From contig JAOZFG010000017.1 of NCBI GenBank assembly GCA_027491435.1, forward strand, positions 1-64,000: DNA of 64,000 nt, in the 5' to 3' direction. This DNA is from Thermoproteota archaeon (GTDB lineage Archaea > Korarchaeota > Korarchaeia > Korarchaeales > Korarchaeaceae). The notes under the pieces are model-generated. The model worked only from the letters and a program-made list of their open reading frames with translations. It was not told the origin of the DNA and searched no databases. The position numbers were made by a program, and so were the translations under genes. Below are positions 9,152 to 18,608 of this stretch, piece by piece (positions within the stretch are counted from its first letter, which is position 1; every line of letters starts with the position of its first letter).

Positions 9152-9400
9152 TTGGGAAGAAGGAAAAAGAGGACCACCATGAGGGTTACCAGAAGGAGGA
9201 GAAAGAGTGCCTTCTTTAGGTGTCCGAGATGTCAGCACAATTCGATTACCGTAGAAATCAAGGAGAAGGAAGGGGTAGCTGTCATTAGGTGTTTCAACTG
9301 TGGCCTGGTTGAGGAGGTGAAAGTTTATAGTGGAGATACTAAAGTCGACGTTTACACGAGGTTTTTTGACTCTTACATAGAAAGGATGGAGAGTGAGTGA
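9152..9400 (+). CDS. Transcription elongation factor Elf1
   Basis: (M)GRRKKR..FRCPRCQH..CFNCGL..VDVY.RF.D. The TTG start at 9152 follows SD AGGTGA. Confidence 0.88.
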   Translation: MGRRKKRTTMRVTRRRRKSAFFRCPRCQHNSITVEIKEKEGVAVIRCFNCGLVEEVKVYSGDTKVDVYTRFFDSYIERMESE

Positions 9401-10003
9401 TCACTCTCCTAGAATCTCGGGCCTGTACTTCGGACTGTCCACGACCACGGCCCTTTCATAGGCCCTCTTAAGGGCCTCTAGGTTCTTTTCCCTTAGCCTC
9501 TTTAGCAGGGACTCTGTAGCTTCTATCGAGCTCTTCAAGCTTATTATTCCAGTCCCCTTGACGAAGGCTCCTACCATGGCCGTATTTGGGACGGGTAGAC
9601 CCGCTACCTCTAATCCCAAGTCCAAGGTAATGCCCGTAGCGTCAACCACGGCCAGTTTTCTCACTCTTTTTGGTAGGAACAAGTTATCGGGATCGAGGTC
9701 TGAGTTGAGAATAACTATGGTTTTCTCGGATACGCCCCTCCAGGCCGCCTCCAAAGTTAAGAACATGGGATCCAGTAGAACGAGGACGTCCGGTTCGTAT
9801 ATCTGACTCCTTAATCTGACCGGCCTCTTAGCTATCCTAGTGAAGGCCATTACAGGAGCTCCTCTCCTCTCAGCTCCGAAGAAGGGAAACGCCTGTGACC
9901 ACATGCCGTCTAAGAAGGCGGCCTTAGCTACTATCCTAGAGGCCATAACTGCCCCCTGACCACCCCTGCCGTGCCACCTTACTTCAATAAGCTCCTCGTC
10001 CAC
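9401..10003 (-). CDS. porG: 2-oxoacid:ferredoxin oxidoreductase gamma subunit (stand-alone)
   Basis: EVRWHGRGGQGAV, FPFFGAERRGAPV and PNTAMVGA motifs. Confidence 0.93.
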   Translation of the reverse strand: MDEELIEVRWHGRGGQGAVMASRIVAKAAFLDGMWSQAFPFFGAERRGAPVMAFTRIAKRPVRLRSQIYEPDVLVLLDPMFLTLEAAWRGVSEKTIVILNSDLDPDNLFLPKRVRKLAVVDATGITLDLGLEVAGLPVPNTAMVGAFVKGTGIISLKSSIEATESLLKRLREKNLEALKRAYERAVVVDSPKYRPEILGE

Positions 10004-10094
10004 TTCAATCCCCTCTCATATTCCACACTAAAACTTTTAAAGCCACTTGCCCTAGGTCGAATTGAATGAGCTTTCCTCACTTGGGGGTGCACGG

Positions 10095-10475
10095 TTGGTA
10101 GCGGAGGATATTCCTATTAAAGATGGTGTTCATACTGATGACGAACCTAAGAAGAAGGTTAAGAAAAAGAGTCGGAAATCCAAGAGTTCGACTGATAAAA
10201 AGAAGAGGGGTAAGAAGGCCGCGAGTAAGTCCAAGAAGAAGGCAGTTAGGTACGACCCCCTGGAGCACGTTCTGGTTCCTAAGCACGAAATAGTTAGTGA
10301 GGAAGAAAGAAAAAGGCTTATAGAGACTTATGGTGATCTGGAGCTGTTTCCTAAGATATTCGCTAATGATCCTGTGGTCCTTAGGCTAGGGGCTAAGCCC
10401 GGAGATGTTATCAAGATTACTAGGCCCGGGGACACGCACCCTTATTATAGGCTAGTTATAGTTAGGGAGGTATGA
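10095..10475 (+). CDS. rpoH: RNA polymerase subunit Rpo5 (H) with Lys-rich N-terminal extension
   Basis: HVLVPKHEI..FPKI..DP..LGAKPGDVIKITR..YYRLV. TTG at 10095 follows SD GGGGTG; the ORF track starts at 10062. Confidence 0.93.
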   Translation: MVAEDIPIKDGVHTDDEPKKKVKKKSRKSKSSTDKKKRGKKAASKSKKKAVRYDPLEHVLVPKHEIVSEEERKRLIETYGDLELFPKIFANDPVVLRLGAKPGDVIKITRPGDTHPYYRLVIVREV

Positions 10476-10479
10476 TTAA

Positions 10480-13400
10480 ATGTCTAAAGTTGAACAAACT
10501 TCTGTAGATTTTTATCCAATAGTTAAAGCTTACTTCAGAGAGAGGAAATTATCTGATGTTCAAATAAAATCTTTTAATAGATTTTTAGAACATGGTATTC
10601 AAGAGGTCGTTGACGCGTTCAAGGAGATAGAGCTCGTTGAGAACTACAAGATAGTCTTAGGTAGGGTCTACGTGGGCAGGCCTGAGATAGATGAGTACGA
10701 CGGCGCCGTATTGCCTGCAATGCCGATGGAGGTCAGGCTTAGAAACGCCCATTACATGGCGCCAGTAGATCTGGAGGTCAAGGTATACTCCGGCGGGATG
10801 GAGATAAAGAGTGAGAGAATAAGGATAGGGCATATACCCATAATGGTCAGGTCAAAGAACTGCTACCTCTATGGGGCTAGCGAGGAGGAGCTCATAGAGA
10901 AGGGGGAGGATCCCCTAGACCCGGGCGGTTACTTCATAATAAACGGTTCTGAGAGGGTTCTCGTGATAAGGGATGACATAGCTCCAAACAGGGTAATAGT
11001 GGAGCAAACCACCGCTGAGAACAAGCCATACTCACATGTGGCCCAGGTCATATCCGCCAAGGCAGGCCTTAGGACTAGGCTTTACTTGGAGTACTACATG
11101 AGGGACGGTACCATAAAGGCCTCTGCCGGGGCCTTCAGAGGGGTGCCGGTAGCTATCCTGATGAAGGCCTTAGGTCTCGTCAGGGATGAGGACATAGTAG
11201 ATGCTGTCTCATCAGATCCGGAGATAAGGAGCGAATTTTTATACAGCCTAGATGACGTACAGAGGAGGGTTGAGGAGGAAGGCGGGTCTGGCTTTATCAC
11301 ACAGGAGGAGGCCCTAGACTTCTTGGGCAGAAGGCTCGTTCAAGCGGTTCCTAAGAAGGAGAGGGTCAAGTACGCTAAGGAGTACCTCAAGAACAACTTC
11401 TTACCTCACATAGGGACCAGTGAGGAGGACAACATCATAAAGGCCTACTACCTGGCAAAAGTTGTGGAAAAGTTGTTGAAGGTGGTCAGGGGCAAGTTGG
11501 AGCCTGATGACAAAGATCACTTCTCGAATAAAAGGCTGAGGCTCTCCGGAACGCTGATGCAGGAGGTGTTCAGGGATGCCTTCTATCAATTGATAAGGAG
11601 GCTGAAAGAGAAGGCTGACGAACAACTCAGCAGCGGGGTTTACGACGTAGAGCTGAAGAGGCTCATAACTAGTCAGAGAATGATAACCCAGAGGATTCTA
11701 AGGGCCTTAGCCACAGGCGCTTGGCCTAGTGGTGACCTAGGAGTCAGTCAGAACCTAGAGAGGACCAATTACGTCGCCACAATACACCACTTGAGGAGGG
11801 TGAACTCCCCTCTACCTGCAGGACTTCCATTACATGAAGCTAGACAGATTCACGGTACCTCCATAGGAAGGCTTTGTCCCATGGAGACTCCAGAGGGCAC
11901 TAACGTAGGCCTCGTAAGGAGCTTGGCCATGTTCGCTGACGTTACCTTTGGCACGGATCCAGAGCCCGTGATAGACCTAATACTGTCTTGGGGAGCTAAA
12001 CCGGCTAAAGAGGCTACCCCCAAAGAGGTAGGTAGCTTAACTCCGATATACGTGGATGGGAGGTTAATAGCTTTCACCGACTCACCGAGGGAACTAATAA
12101 AGTTCCTGAATGAGAGGAGAGGGGAGCTCGATCCGGAGATAAACTTCACCTATAACGAGGAGGAGAACGCCGTTTACGTGAACGCTGATGCTGGTAGAAT
12201 CAGGAGGCCTGTGATACCAGTTGAGAAACTCAAGGAGGCAATAGAAATTCTGCCTAAGGTTGAGAGCGGTGAAGTGAGCTTCTCAGACTTGGTTAAGAGG
12301 GGTATAGTCGTGCTCTTAGACGTTGATGAGGAAGAGTCCGCCCTAATCGCTTACAGCCTAGACCAGCTAACCGACAAACATACTCACTTGGACTTCGCCC
12401 CTTACATGATGTTCGGAGTTGCAGCCGGTCAGATACCTTACGCTGAACACAACAACATACCCAGGGACATAATAGGAGCCAACATGGTCAGACAGGGCCT
12501 GGGAGAATACGCCGCTAACTGGAGGCTGAGGTTTGACAGCAGGACCTACATGATGTTCTACCCCCAGAGGCCCATAGTCAGAACTAGAGGTGCTGATATC
12601 CTGGGGTATGATTACAGACCCTCCGGGCAGAACCTGGTCGTAGCCTTAATACCTATGGACGGCTACAACATGGACGACGCTCTGGTCATGTCCAAGGGGG
12701 CCATTGACAGGGGAGCCGCCAGGGCCGTGTTCTTCAGGACTTATGAGGTAGAGGCTAGGAGGCAGGCAGTGGTGGAAGGAGATAAGTTCGAGAACCCATT
12801 GCCTCTCAAGAAGGTGTCCAACAAGAAGAATGAGATCTACTACAGAAAGCTCGGGGAGGACGGGATAGTAGATCCGGAGACCTATGTGGAGGGGGGAGAC
12901 GTACTGGTAGGAAAGACCAGCCCCCCGAGGTTCTCACAAGACCTGTCCATGGTGGGCTTTCAGTACGCCTTCGAGAGGAGAGATACCTCAGTGACCATGA
13001 GGGCATGGGAGAGGGGGCTTGTCACTGACGTGTTGTTGGCCACTAAGCCTGGTGGTGAAAAGCTAGTTAAGGTCAAGGTGAGGGACACGAGGCCCCCGGA
13101 GATAGGCGACAAGTTCGCCACCAGACATGGTCAGAAGGGAGTTATAGGGATGATATACAGGCATGAGGACATGCCGTTCACGTCCCAGGGAATAGTCCCT
13201 GACATAGTGCTTGACCCCCACGCAATACCTTCTAGGATGACCATAGGGCAACTCTACGAGATACTGGCCGGTAAAGTTGGGGCCCTGGAGGGCAGATTCG
13301 TGGACGGCACTCCTTTCTTCTCAGAACCCGTAGAGGACTTGATGGAAGCTCTAGAGAAGCTCGGATTCGAGTACAGCGGAGAAGAGATCATGTACGATGG

Positions 13401-13842
13401 AAGGACCGGGAAGATGATAAAGGCTCCCATATTCGTAGGTGTTGGCTATTATCAGAGGTTAAAGCACATGGTCAGGGACAAAATACACGCCAGGGCCAAG
13501 GGACAGAGGCAACTGCTTACGAGGCAACCGGTCGAAGGCAGGGCCAGAGGAGGGGGGCTTAGGCTCGGTGAGATGGAGGGAGAAGTCCTCATGTCCCATG
13601 GAGCTGCCTCAGTCATAAGGGACAGGTATGTGGAACAGTCAGATAAGGAGATAGTGTATGTCTGCAAGAGGTGTGGCACCCTAGCGTTTTACAACCAGAA
13701 GACCAGCGAGTTCTTCTGTCCTAGATGTCAGAGCAGCGTAGAAGTGACGCCACTGATCACAAGTCATGCCTCAAAGCTATTCGTAGACGAGCTAATGTCA
13801 GGGCTGATAGATGTGAGGTTTGATGTGAAGGAAGACCTGTAG
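10480..13842 (+). CDS. rpoB: RNA polymerase subunit Rpo2 (B), unsplit
   Basis: DPGGYFIINGSERV, CPMETPEG, GDKFATRHGQKG and GGLRLGEME motifs; C-terminal Zn ribbon. Confidence 0.98.
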   Translation: MSKVEQTSVDFYPIVKAYFRERKLSDVQIKSFNRFLEHGIQEVVDAFKEIELVENYKIVLGRVYVGRPEIDEYDGAVLPAMPMEVRLRNAHYMAPVDLEVKVYSGGMEIKSERIRIGHIPIMVRSKNCYLYGASEEELIEKGEDPLDPGGYFIINGSERVLVIRDDIAPNRVIVEQTTAENKPYSHVAQVISAKAGLRTRLYLEYYMRDGTIKASAGAFRGVPVAILMKALGLVRDEDIVDAVSSDPEIRSEFLYSLDDVQRRVEEEGGSGFITQEEALDFLGRRLVQAVPKKERVKYAKEYLKNNFLPHIGTSEEDNIIKAYYLAKVVEKLLKVVRGKLEPDDKDHFSNKRLRLSGTLMQEVFRDAFYQLIRRLKEKADEQLSSGVYDVELKRLITSQRMITQRILRALATGAWPSGDLGVSQNLERTNYVATIHHLRRVNSPLPAGLPLHEARQIHGTSIGRLCPMETPEGTNVGLVRSLAMFADVTFGTDPEPVIDLILSWGAKPAKEATPKEVGSLTPIYVDGRLIAFTDSPRELIKFLNERRGELDPEINFTYNEEENAVYVNADAGRIRRPVIPVEKLKEAIEILPKVESGEVSFSDLVKRGIVVLLDVDEEESALIAYSLDQLTDKHTHLDFAPYMMFGVAAGQIPYAEHNNIPRDIIGANMVRQGLGEYAANWRLRFDSRTYMMFYPQRPIVRTRGADILGYDYRPSGQNLVVALIPMDGYNMDDALVMSKGAIDRGAARAVFFRTYEVEARRQAVVEGDKFENPLPLKKVSNKKNEIYYRKLGEDGIVDPETYVEGGDVLVGKTSPPRFSQDLSMVGFQYAFERRDTSVTMRAWERGLVTDVLLATKPGGEKLVKVKVRDTRPPEIGDKFATRHGQKGVIGMIYRHEDMPFTSQGIVPDIVLDPHAIPSRMTIGQLYEILAGKVGALEGRFVDGTPFFSEPVEDLMEALEKLGFEYSGEEIMYDGRTGKMIKAPIFVGVGYYQRLKHMVRDKIHARAKGQRQLLTRQPVEGRARGGGLRLGEMEGEVLMSHGAASVIRDRYVEQSDKEIVYVCKRCGTLAFYNQKTSEFFCPRCQSSVEVTPLITSHASKLFVDELMSGLIDVRFDVKEDL

Positions 13843-13851
13843 GGTGATCCC

Positions 13852-16800
13852 ATGCAGATATGGGGACCTGTAGCAGATGAGGAGGCCATTCCCTACTCAC
13901 TCAATAAACTCATGTTCGGCCTCCTCTCTCCTGAAGACATTAGGAAGATAGGTTTCATAGAGATAACGGAACCCACAGCCTACGATGAGGCTGGACAGCC
14001 TGTTCAGGGGGGCGTGCTAGACCCCCGGTTGGGGACCATAAACCCGAAGAGGTTGTGCCCCATATGCGGAAACAAGCCAGCTTTTTGTCCGGGACACTTC
14101 GGCAGGATAGAGCTGGCCATGCCCGTAGTTCATATAGGATACGTCAAGAGGATTAAGGACATCCTGAACACTACTTGTCCTAAGTGCGGCAAGGTCCTGT
14201 TGCCTGAAGATCAGAGGAGAGAGTTCATAGAGGAGGCTAAGGAGTTCATGAGAAAGAACCCCAACGTGAAGATAAACGATAACTTGGCCAAGAGGGTCAG
14301 GGACGAGGTTAAGAAGTACCTAAAGAAGAACAAGACGTGCCCCCATTGCGGAGCTCGGGTTGAAAGGATAGAACTTGAGGAGGCTTACAAGTTCATAGTC
14401 AAGGAGCCCGAACCTAGGAGGCTCAGGCCCACGGAAATAAGGGCTAGATTGGAGAAGATAAGCGACGAGGATGCTATGATCCTTGGCTTTAACCCAGAGA
14501 GGGCGAGGCCCGAGTGGACCGTCCTCACCGTGATGCTAGTTCCTCCCCTCCCGGACAGGCCTTCTATTTACTTGGAGACTGGGGAGAGGTCTGAGGACGA
14601 CCTGACTCACATCTTAGTGGAAATTTTGAAGGCCAACAGGAAGTTAATGAATTCCAAGAAGCTGGGGGCCCCTAACAGCGTAATTGAGAGCGAATGGGAT
14701 CTCCTTCAGTACTATGTGAGCGTGTTCTTCCACAACGCCGTTGCAAACATGCCAGTGGCCACACAGAAGGGGACAAAGAGGCCGCTCAAATCCCTGTTCC
14801 AGAGGTTGGAGGGTAAGGAGGGCAGGCTCAGGAAGAACCTGATAGGAAAGAGGGTAGACTTCTCGAGCAGGACTGTGATCTCCCCTGATCCCATGCTGGA
14901 CATAGACGAGGTTGGGGTCCCAGAGGAAATCGCTAAGGTGCTTACAGTGCCAGAATACGTCAACGAGAGTAACATAGAGAGGCTAAAGGAGATGGTGATG
15001 AGAGGGCCCGATGAACACCCAGGGGCTAACATAGTAAGAAAGGGAGGGAGGACCCCGATAAGCTTGGGAGTCCTGAAGAGGAAGGGCAAAGAGTACCTGA
15101 AGGAGATAGCTGATCAGCTAGAGCCCGGAGACGTGGTTGAGAGGCACCTCATCGATGGAGACTATGTGATCTTCAACAGACAACCCTCGCTGCACAAGCT
15201 ATCCATGCTAGGACACAGGGTTAGGGTGTTGCCCGGGGCCACTTTCAGGCTACACCCCGCCGTTTGCGTTCCTTACAACGCTGACTTCGATGGAGATGAG
15301 ATGAACCTGCACGTGCCTCAGATAATGGAGGGAGCAATAGAGGCCAAGGAGCTCATGGGCGTCATCAAGAACATGCTCTCTCCCAGGACTGGAGGATCTA
15401 TAATAGGGGCTAGACAGGACTTTATAACGGCCCTCTACTTGATAACCAGGAAAGACGCTTTGTTCGATAAGTCCGAGGCCTCTAGGATTATGGCTAGAGC
15501 TGGAATAACAGAGCTACCCGAGCCAGCTATAAAGAAGCCCAAGCAACTTTGGACCGGCAAGCAACTAATATCTATGCTTTTCCCTGAGGACTTCGACTTC
15601 ACCTCCGTAGCCAAGTCCGCCAAGGGAACCGAGTGCAACGATCCAAGCTGCCCTTCCGACGGTTACGTGTTGATAAGGAATGGGAAGCTTCTCTCAGGGG
15701 TGTTGGATGACGACATAGTGGGGACCCTGGTTAAGGGTAAGCTAACAATAATAGACGTCTTGATCAGAGACTATGGGGAGGAGGTAGCTGCCGAGTTCTT
15801 GAACAAGCTGCTTAAGATAGCGGCCAAGGAGATACTGCTTCTGGGAGTGACGACATCGCCGAGAGAGTTAATAATGCCTAAGGAAGCCTACGAAGAGATT
15901 AGATCTCTCTACGAGGAGCTAACAAAGAAAGTAGAGGAGAAGATAAAGGAGAGACCGATAACCAAGAAGATACCTATATTCAGGACGAAAGAAGAGCTTC
16001 TGAGGGCAATGAGGGAAGAGCAGATGCTTGAGTTCGAGATAGTGCAGGTGATAGATGAATCGTGGAGCAAGGTCAGCGATATAGTCTCCAAGTACCTAGA
16101 TCCAAAGTCTAACGTTGCCATAATGGCTAAGACAGGAGCTAGAGGGTCTATAGCCAATTTATCCCAGGTTATGGGTCAGGTGGGCCAGCAGAAGGTCAAA
16201 TCCAGGATAGGCTTCGTCTTGACTAGCGGGAGGCCCAGAAAGGGGTTCAGGAACAGGGTGTTGTCCTATTTCGAGAGAGGGGATCTGAGCCTGGAGGCCA
16301 AGGGATTTGTTAAGAGCAGCTACGTTACCGGACTGAACCCCGCTGAGTTCATATTCCACGCCATGTCCAGCAGAGAGTCGCTCATAGACAAGGGAAGGAG
16401 GACAGAGGACAGCGGGTACTTTTACAGGAGGGTCGCCAATAGCTTGAAGGATATATACGTGTATTACGACGAGACTGTCAGAGATTCACAGAACAGGATC
16501 ATACAGTTTAGGTTTGGGGGAGATGGGTTCGATCCCACTAAGCTGTTCAGGGGAGAGCCAGTGAACGTAGATAAGGTGATAAGGAAGGTAGTCAAGCAAG
16601 CCAGGAAGAGGGGCGTGTCTAAGGCAAAGATAACCGATGCCCTTAAGAAGGCGGGCCTTCCCGAGGCTTTAGTCGATAAGATATACGAGTACAAGCCTAG
16701 GGAGCAAGAGCTACAGGAGATTATAAAGGAGCTTAAGGCTGGTTATGAGAACGCTAAAATAGAGGTCTTGACCCCAATAGGGATAATTAGTGCCCAGAGC

Positions 16801-17805
16801 ATAGCTGAGCCCACCACTCAAATGGTTCTTAGGACGTTCCACGCCCCTGGACTCTTGGCTGTAGACGTCACTCACGGGGTTGAGAGGTTTAAGGAGCTGG
16901 TGTTTTACGCTTCCACTAGCACACCCACCATGAAGATATACGTGCAGCCCGAGTGCGTTCAGGATGAGAGCAAGCTGAGGAAGCTCGTTAGAAGCTTAAG
17001 GGAGTTGAGGGTAAGGGACCTAATCGAAGAATACGCCATAGACAACTACCAGTACTTGTTGATAATAAAGCCAGATTACCAGGCCCTAGAGGTAAATCAG
17101 ATATCCCTGGATAAGCTGGTTAACACGATAAAGTCATCTGTCAAGGGGATAAAGGGTGACGTCCAGGTAAAGGACGGAGTAATCTACGTCAGCCTGTTAG
17201 AGGCCTCTAAGAGGGACAAGCCGCTACAAACCCTAAGGTCCTGGTCTTACAGAGTAATAGACAAGATGATATCAGGGATTAAGGGAATAAAGAGGGCTTG
17301 GGTTGAGATAGAGGATGGGGAATACGTGATTAAGACCTCAGGCTCTAACCTGAAGGAGGTCTTGAACATGCCTTGCGTCGATTACACTAGAACTATCACC
17401 AACGACTGTAAGGAGATAGAGAGCGTGCTCGGCATAGAAGCGGCTAGGAATTGCGTTTTAAACGAGTTGGCTAGGATCCTTGAGGAACAGGGCCTAGAGG
17501 TGGACAGGAGGTACATAACTCTAGTGGCAGATGCCATGGCCTACTGGGGCAGGCTCGAGGCCGTTAGGTTGCAGGCTGCAGGCGTGTCCTCAGGGCTGTT
17601 TAGTGTGATGAAGACCCCGTTAAGCAAGATGGCATTTGAGTGGACCTATCACGTGATCTTAAATACCGGGAGGAGAGGAGAGGATAACCCAATTGAGGGT
17701 CCACTAGATGCTTTAATAATGGGACAGACCCCACCAATTGGTACGGGTAAGGTCTCGATAAGGTGGGACCTCAGATCCCTACTGGAGAAGGGAGAGGGTG
17801 AGTGA
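13852..17805 (+). CDS. rpoA: RNA polymerase subunit Rpo1, A' and A'' fused in one polypeptide
   Basis: CPGHFG, GKRVDFS.RTVI, NADFDGD and the A'' motifs AQSIAEP.TQM.LRTFH and LGIEAAR all lie in one 1317-aa ORF. Confidence 0.97.
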   Translation: MQIWGPVADEEAIPYSLNKLMFGLLSPEDIRKIGFIEITEPTAYDEAGQPVQGGVLDPRLGTINPKRLCPICGNKPAFCPGHFGRIELAMPVVHIGYVKRIKDILNTTCPKCGKVLLPEDQRREFIEEAKEFMRKNPNVKINDNLAKRVRDEVKKYLKKNKTCPHCGARVERIELEEAYKFIVKEPEPRRLRPTEIRARLEKISDEDAMILGFNPERARPEWTVLTVMLVPPLPDRPSIYLETGERSEDDLTHILVEILKANRKLMNSKKLGAPNSVIESEWDLLQYYVSVFFHNAVANMPVATQKGTKRPLKSLFQRLEGKEGRLRKNLIGKRVDFSSRTVISPDPMLDIDEVGVPEEIAKVLTVPEYVNESNIERLKEMVMRGPDEHPGANIVRKGGRTPISLGVLKRKGKEYLKEIADQLEPGDVVERHLIDGDYVIFNRQPSLHKLSMLGHRVRVLPGATFRLHPAVCVPYNADFDGDEMNLHVPQIMEGAIEAKELMGVIKNMLSPRTGGSIIGARQDFITALYLITRKDALFDKSEASRIMARAGITELPEPAIKKPKQLWTGKQLISMLFPEDFDFTSVAKSAKGTECNDPSCPSDGYVLIRNGKLLSGVLDDDIVGTLVKGKLTIIDVLIRDYGEEVAAEFLNKLLKIAAKEILLLGVTTSPRELIMPKEAYEEIRSLYEELTKKVEEKIKERPITKKIPIFRTKEELLRAMREEQMLEFEIVQVIDESWSKVSDIVSKYLDPKSNVAIMAKTGARGSIANLSQVMGQVGQQKVKSRIGFVLTSGRPRKGFRNRVLSYFERGDLSLEAKGFVKSSYVTGLNPAEFIFHAMSSRESLIDKGRRTEDSGYFYRRVANSLKDIYVYYDETVRDSQNRIIQFRFGGDGFDPTKLFRGEPVNVDKVIRKVVKQARKRGVSKAKITDALKKAGLPEALVDKIYEYKPREQELQEIIKELKAGYENAKIEVLTPIGIISAQSIAEPTTQMVLRTFHAPGLLAVDVTHGVERFKELVFYASTSTPTMKIYVQPECVQDESKLRKLVRSLRELRVRDLIEEYAIDNYQYLLIIKPDYQALEVNQISLDKLVNTIKSSVKGIKGDVQVKDGVIYVSLLEASKRDKPLQTLRSWSYRVIDKMISGIKGIKRAWVEIEDGEYVIKTSGSNLKEVLNMPCVDYTRTITNDCKEIESVLGIEAARNCVLNELARILEEQGLEVDRRYITLVADAMAYWGRLEAVRLQAAGVSSGLFSVMKTPLSKMAFEWTYHVILNTGRRGEDNPIEGPLDALIMGQTPPIGTGKVSIRWDLRSLLEKGEGE

Positions 17806-17807
17806 TA

Positions 17808-18113
17808 ATGAGCTTGAACCTAGATTCGGAGCTCTATTTAGCTTTCAAGTCAGGTAAGGTGGTACTAGGGGCCAAGAAAGTTATTAAGCTCCTGAAGACG
17901 GGAGGAGAGTCCCCCAAAGCCATCGTATTGGCATCTAACGCTCCAAGCCCCATGAAGGAGGAGATAGAATACTTAGCTAAGCTGGCCAACGTTCCCTTGA
18001 TAAAGTATCAAGGCAAGTCCATAGACCTGGGCAGGGCCTTTAAGCGGCCATTTTTTGTTTCAGCTGCCGCAATACTTGACCCGGGAGAATCGAAGATTAT
18101 GGAAATGCTGTAA
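17808..18113 (+). CDS. rpl30e: 50S ribosomal protein L30e
   Basis: KSGKVVLG..LASNAP..DLG.A..RPF..ILDPGESKI; follows rpoA. Confidence 0.95.
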   Translation: MSLNLDSELYLAFKSGKVVLGAKKVIKLLKTGGESPKAIVLASNAPSPMKEEIEYLAKLANVPLIKYQGKSIDLGRAFKRPFFVSAAAILDPGESKIMEML

Positions 18114-18146
18114 TGGGGGGACGCTAGAATACCCAAGAGGAAAATT

Positions 18147-18599
18147 GTGATAACTAGTGAGCAGCTCAGGTACATGAAGATATTTGCTGACATGTTAGGT
18201 GTACAGCCTAAAGACGTGGTCGAGGATAAGGAGGAGAGCAGACTTATTTTCGTTGTTGAAAAGGGGGATCTGGGCAGGGCCGTGGGTAGGGGAGGGAGGA
18301 AGCTCAAAACCATGAAAAGGCTATTGAAAGATGACATCAACATGGACATAGAGGTTGTCGAGTATGACGACACGCCTGAGGGCTTCATTAAGAATCTATT
18401 AAGCCCAGCGAGGGTCCCTAAGGTAGAGGTTGTCAGGGACAGGGACGGCCAGTTGGTTGCCACAGCGTATGTGGCCGAACAGGACAGAAGCATAGCCATA
18501 GGTAAAAATGGGAGGAGGATTAAGAGGGCCAGATTGCTGGCCAGAAGGTGGTTCGACATAGACAACATTAAAATAGCTAATTGGAGAGGTCATAGGTGA
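18147..18599 (+). CDS. nusA: Archaeal NusA (KH domains); true start uncertain
   Basis: IFVV..G.AVGRGG and AIGKNGRRIKRARLLA motifs; conserved position between L30e and S12. Confidence 0.93.
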   Translation: MITSEQLRYMKIFADMLGVQPKDVVEDKEESRLIFVVEKGDLGRAVGRGGRKLKTMKRLLKDDINMDIEVVEYDDTPEGFIKNLLSPARVPKVEVVRDRDGQLVATAYVAEQDRSIAIGKNGRRIKRARLLARRWFDIDNIKIANWRGHR

Positions 18600-18608
18600 G
18601 GTGATGAT

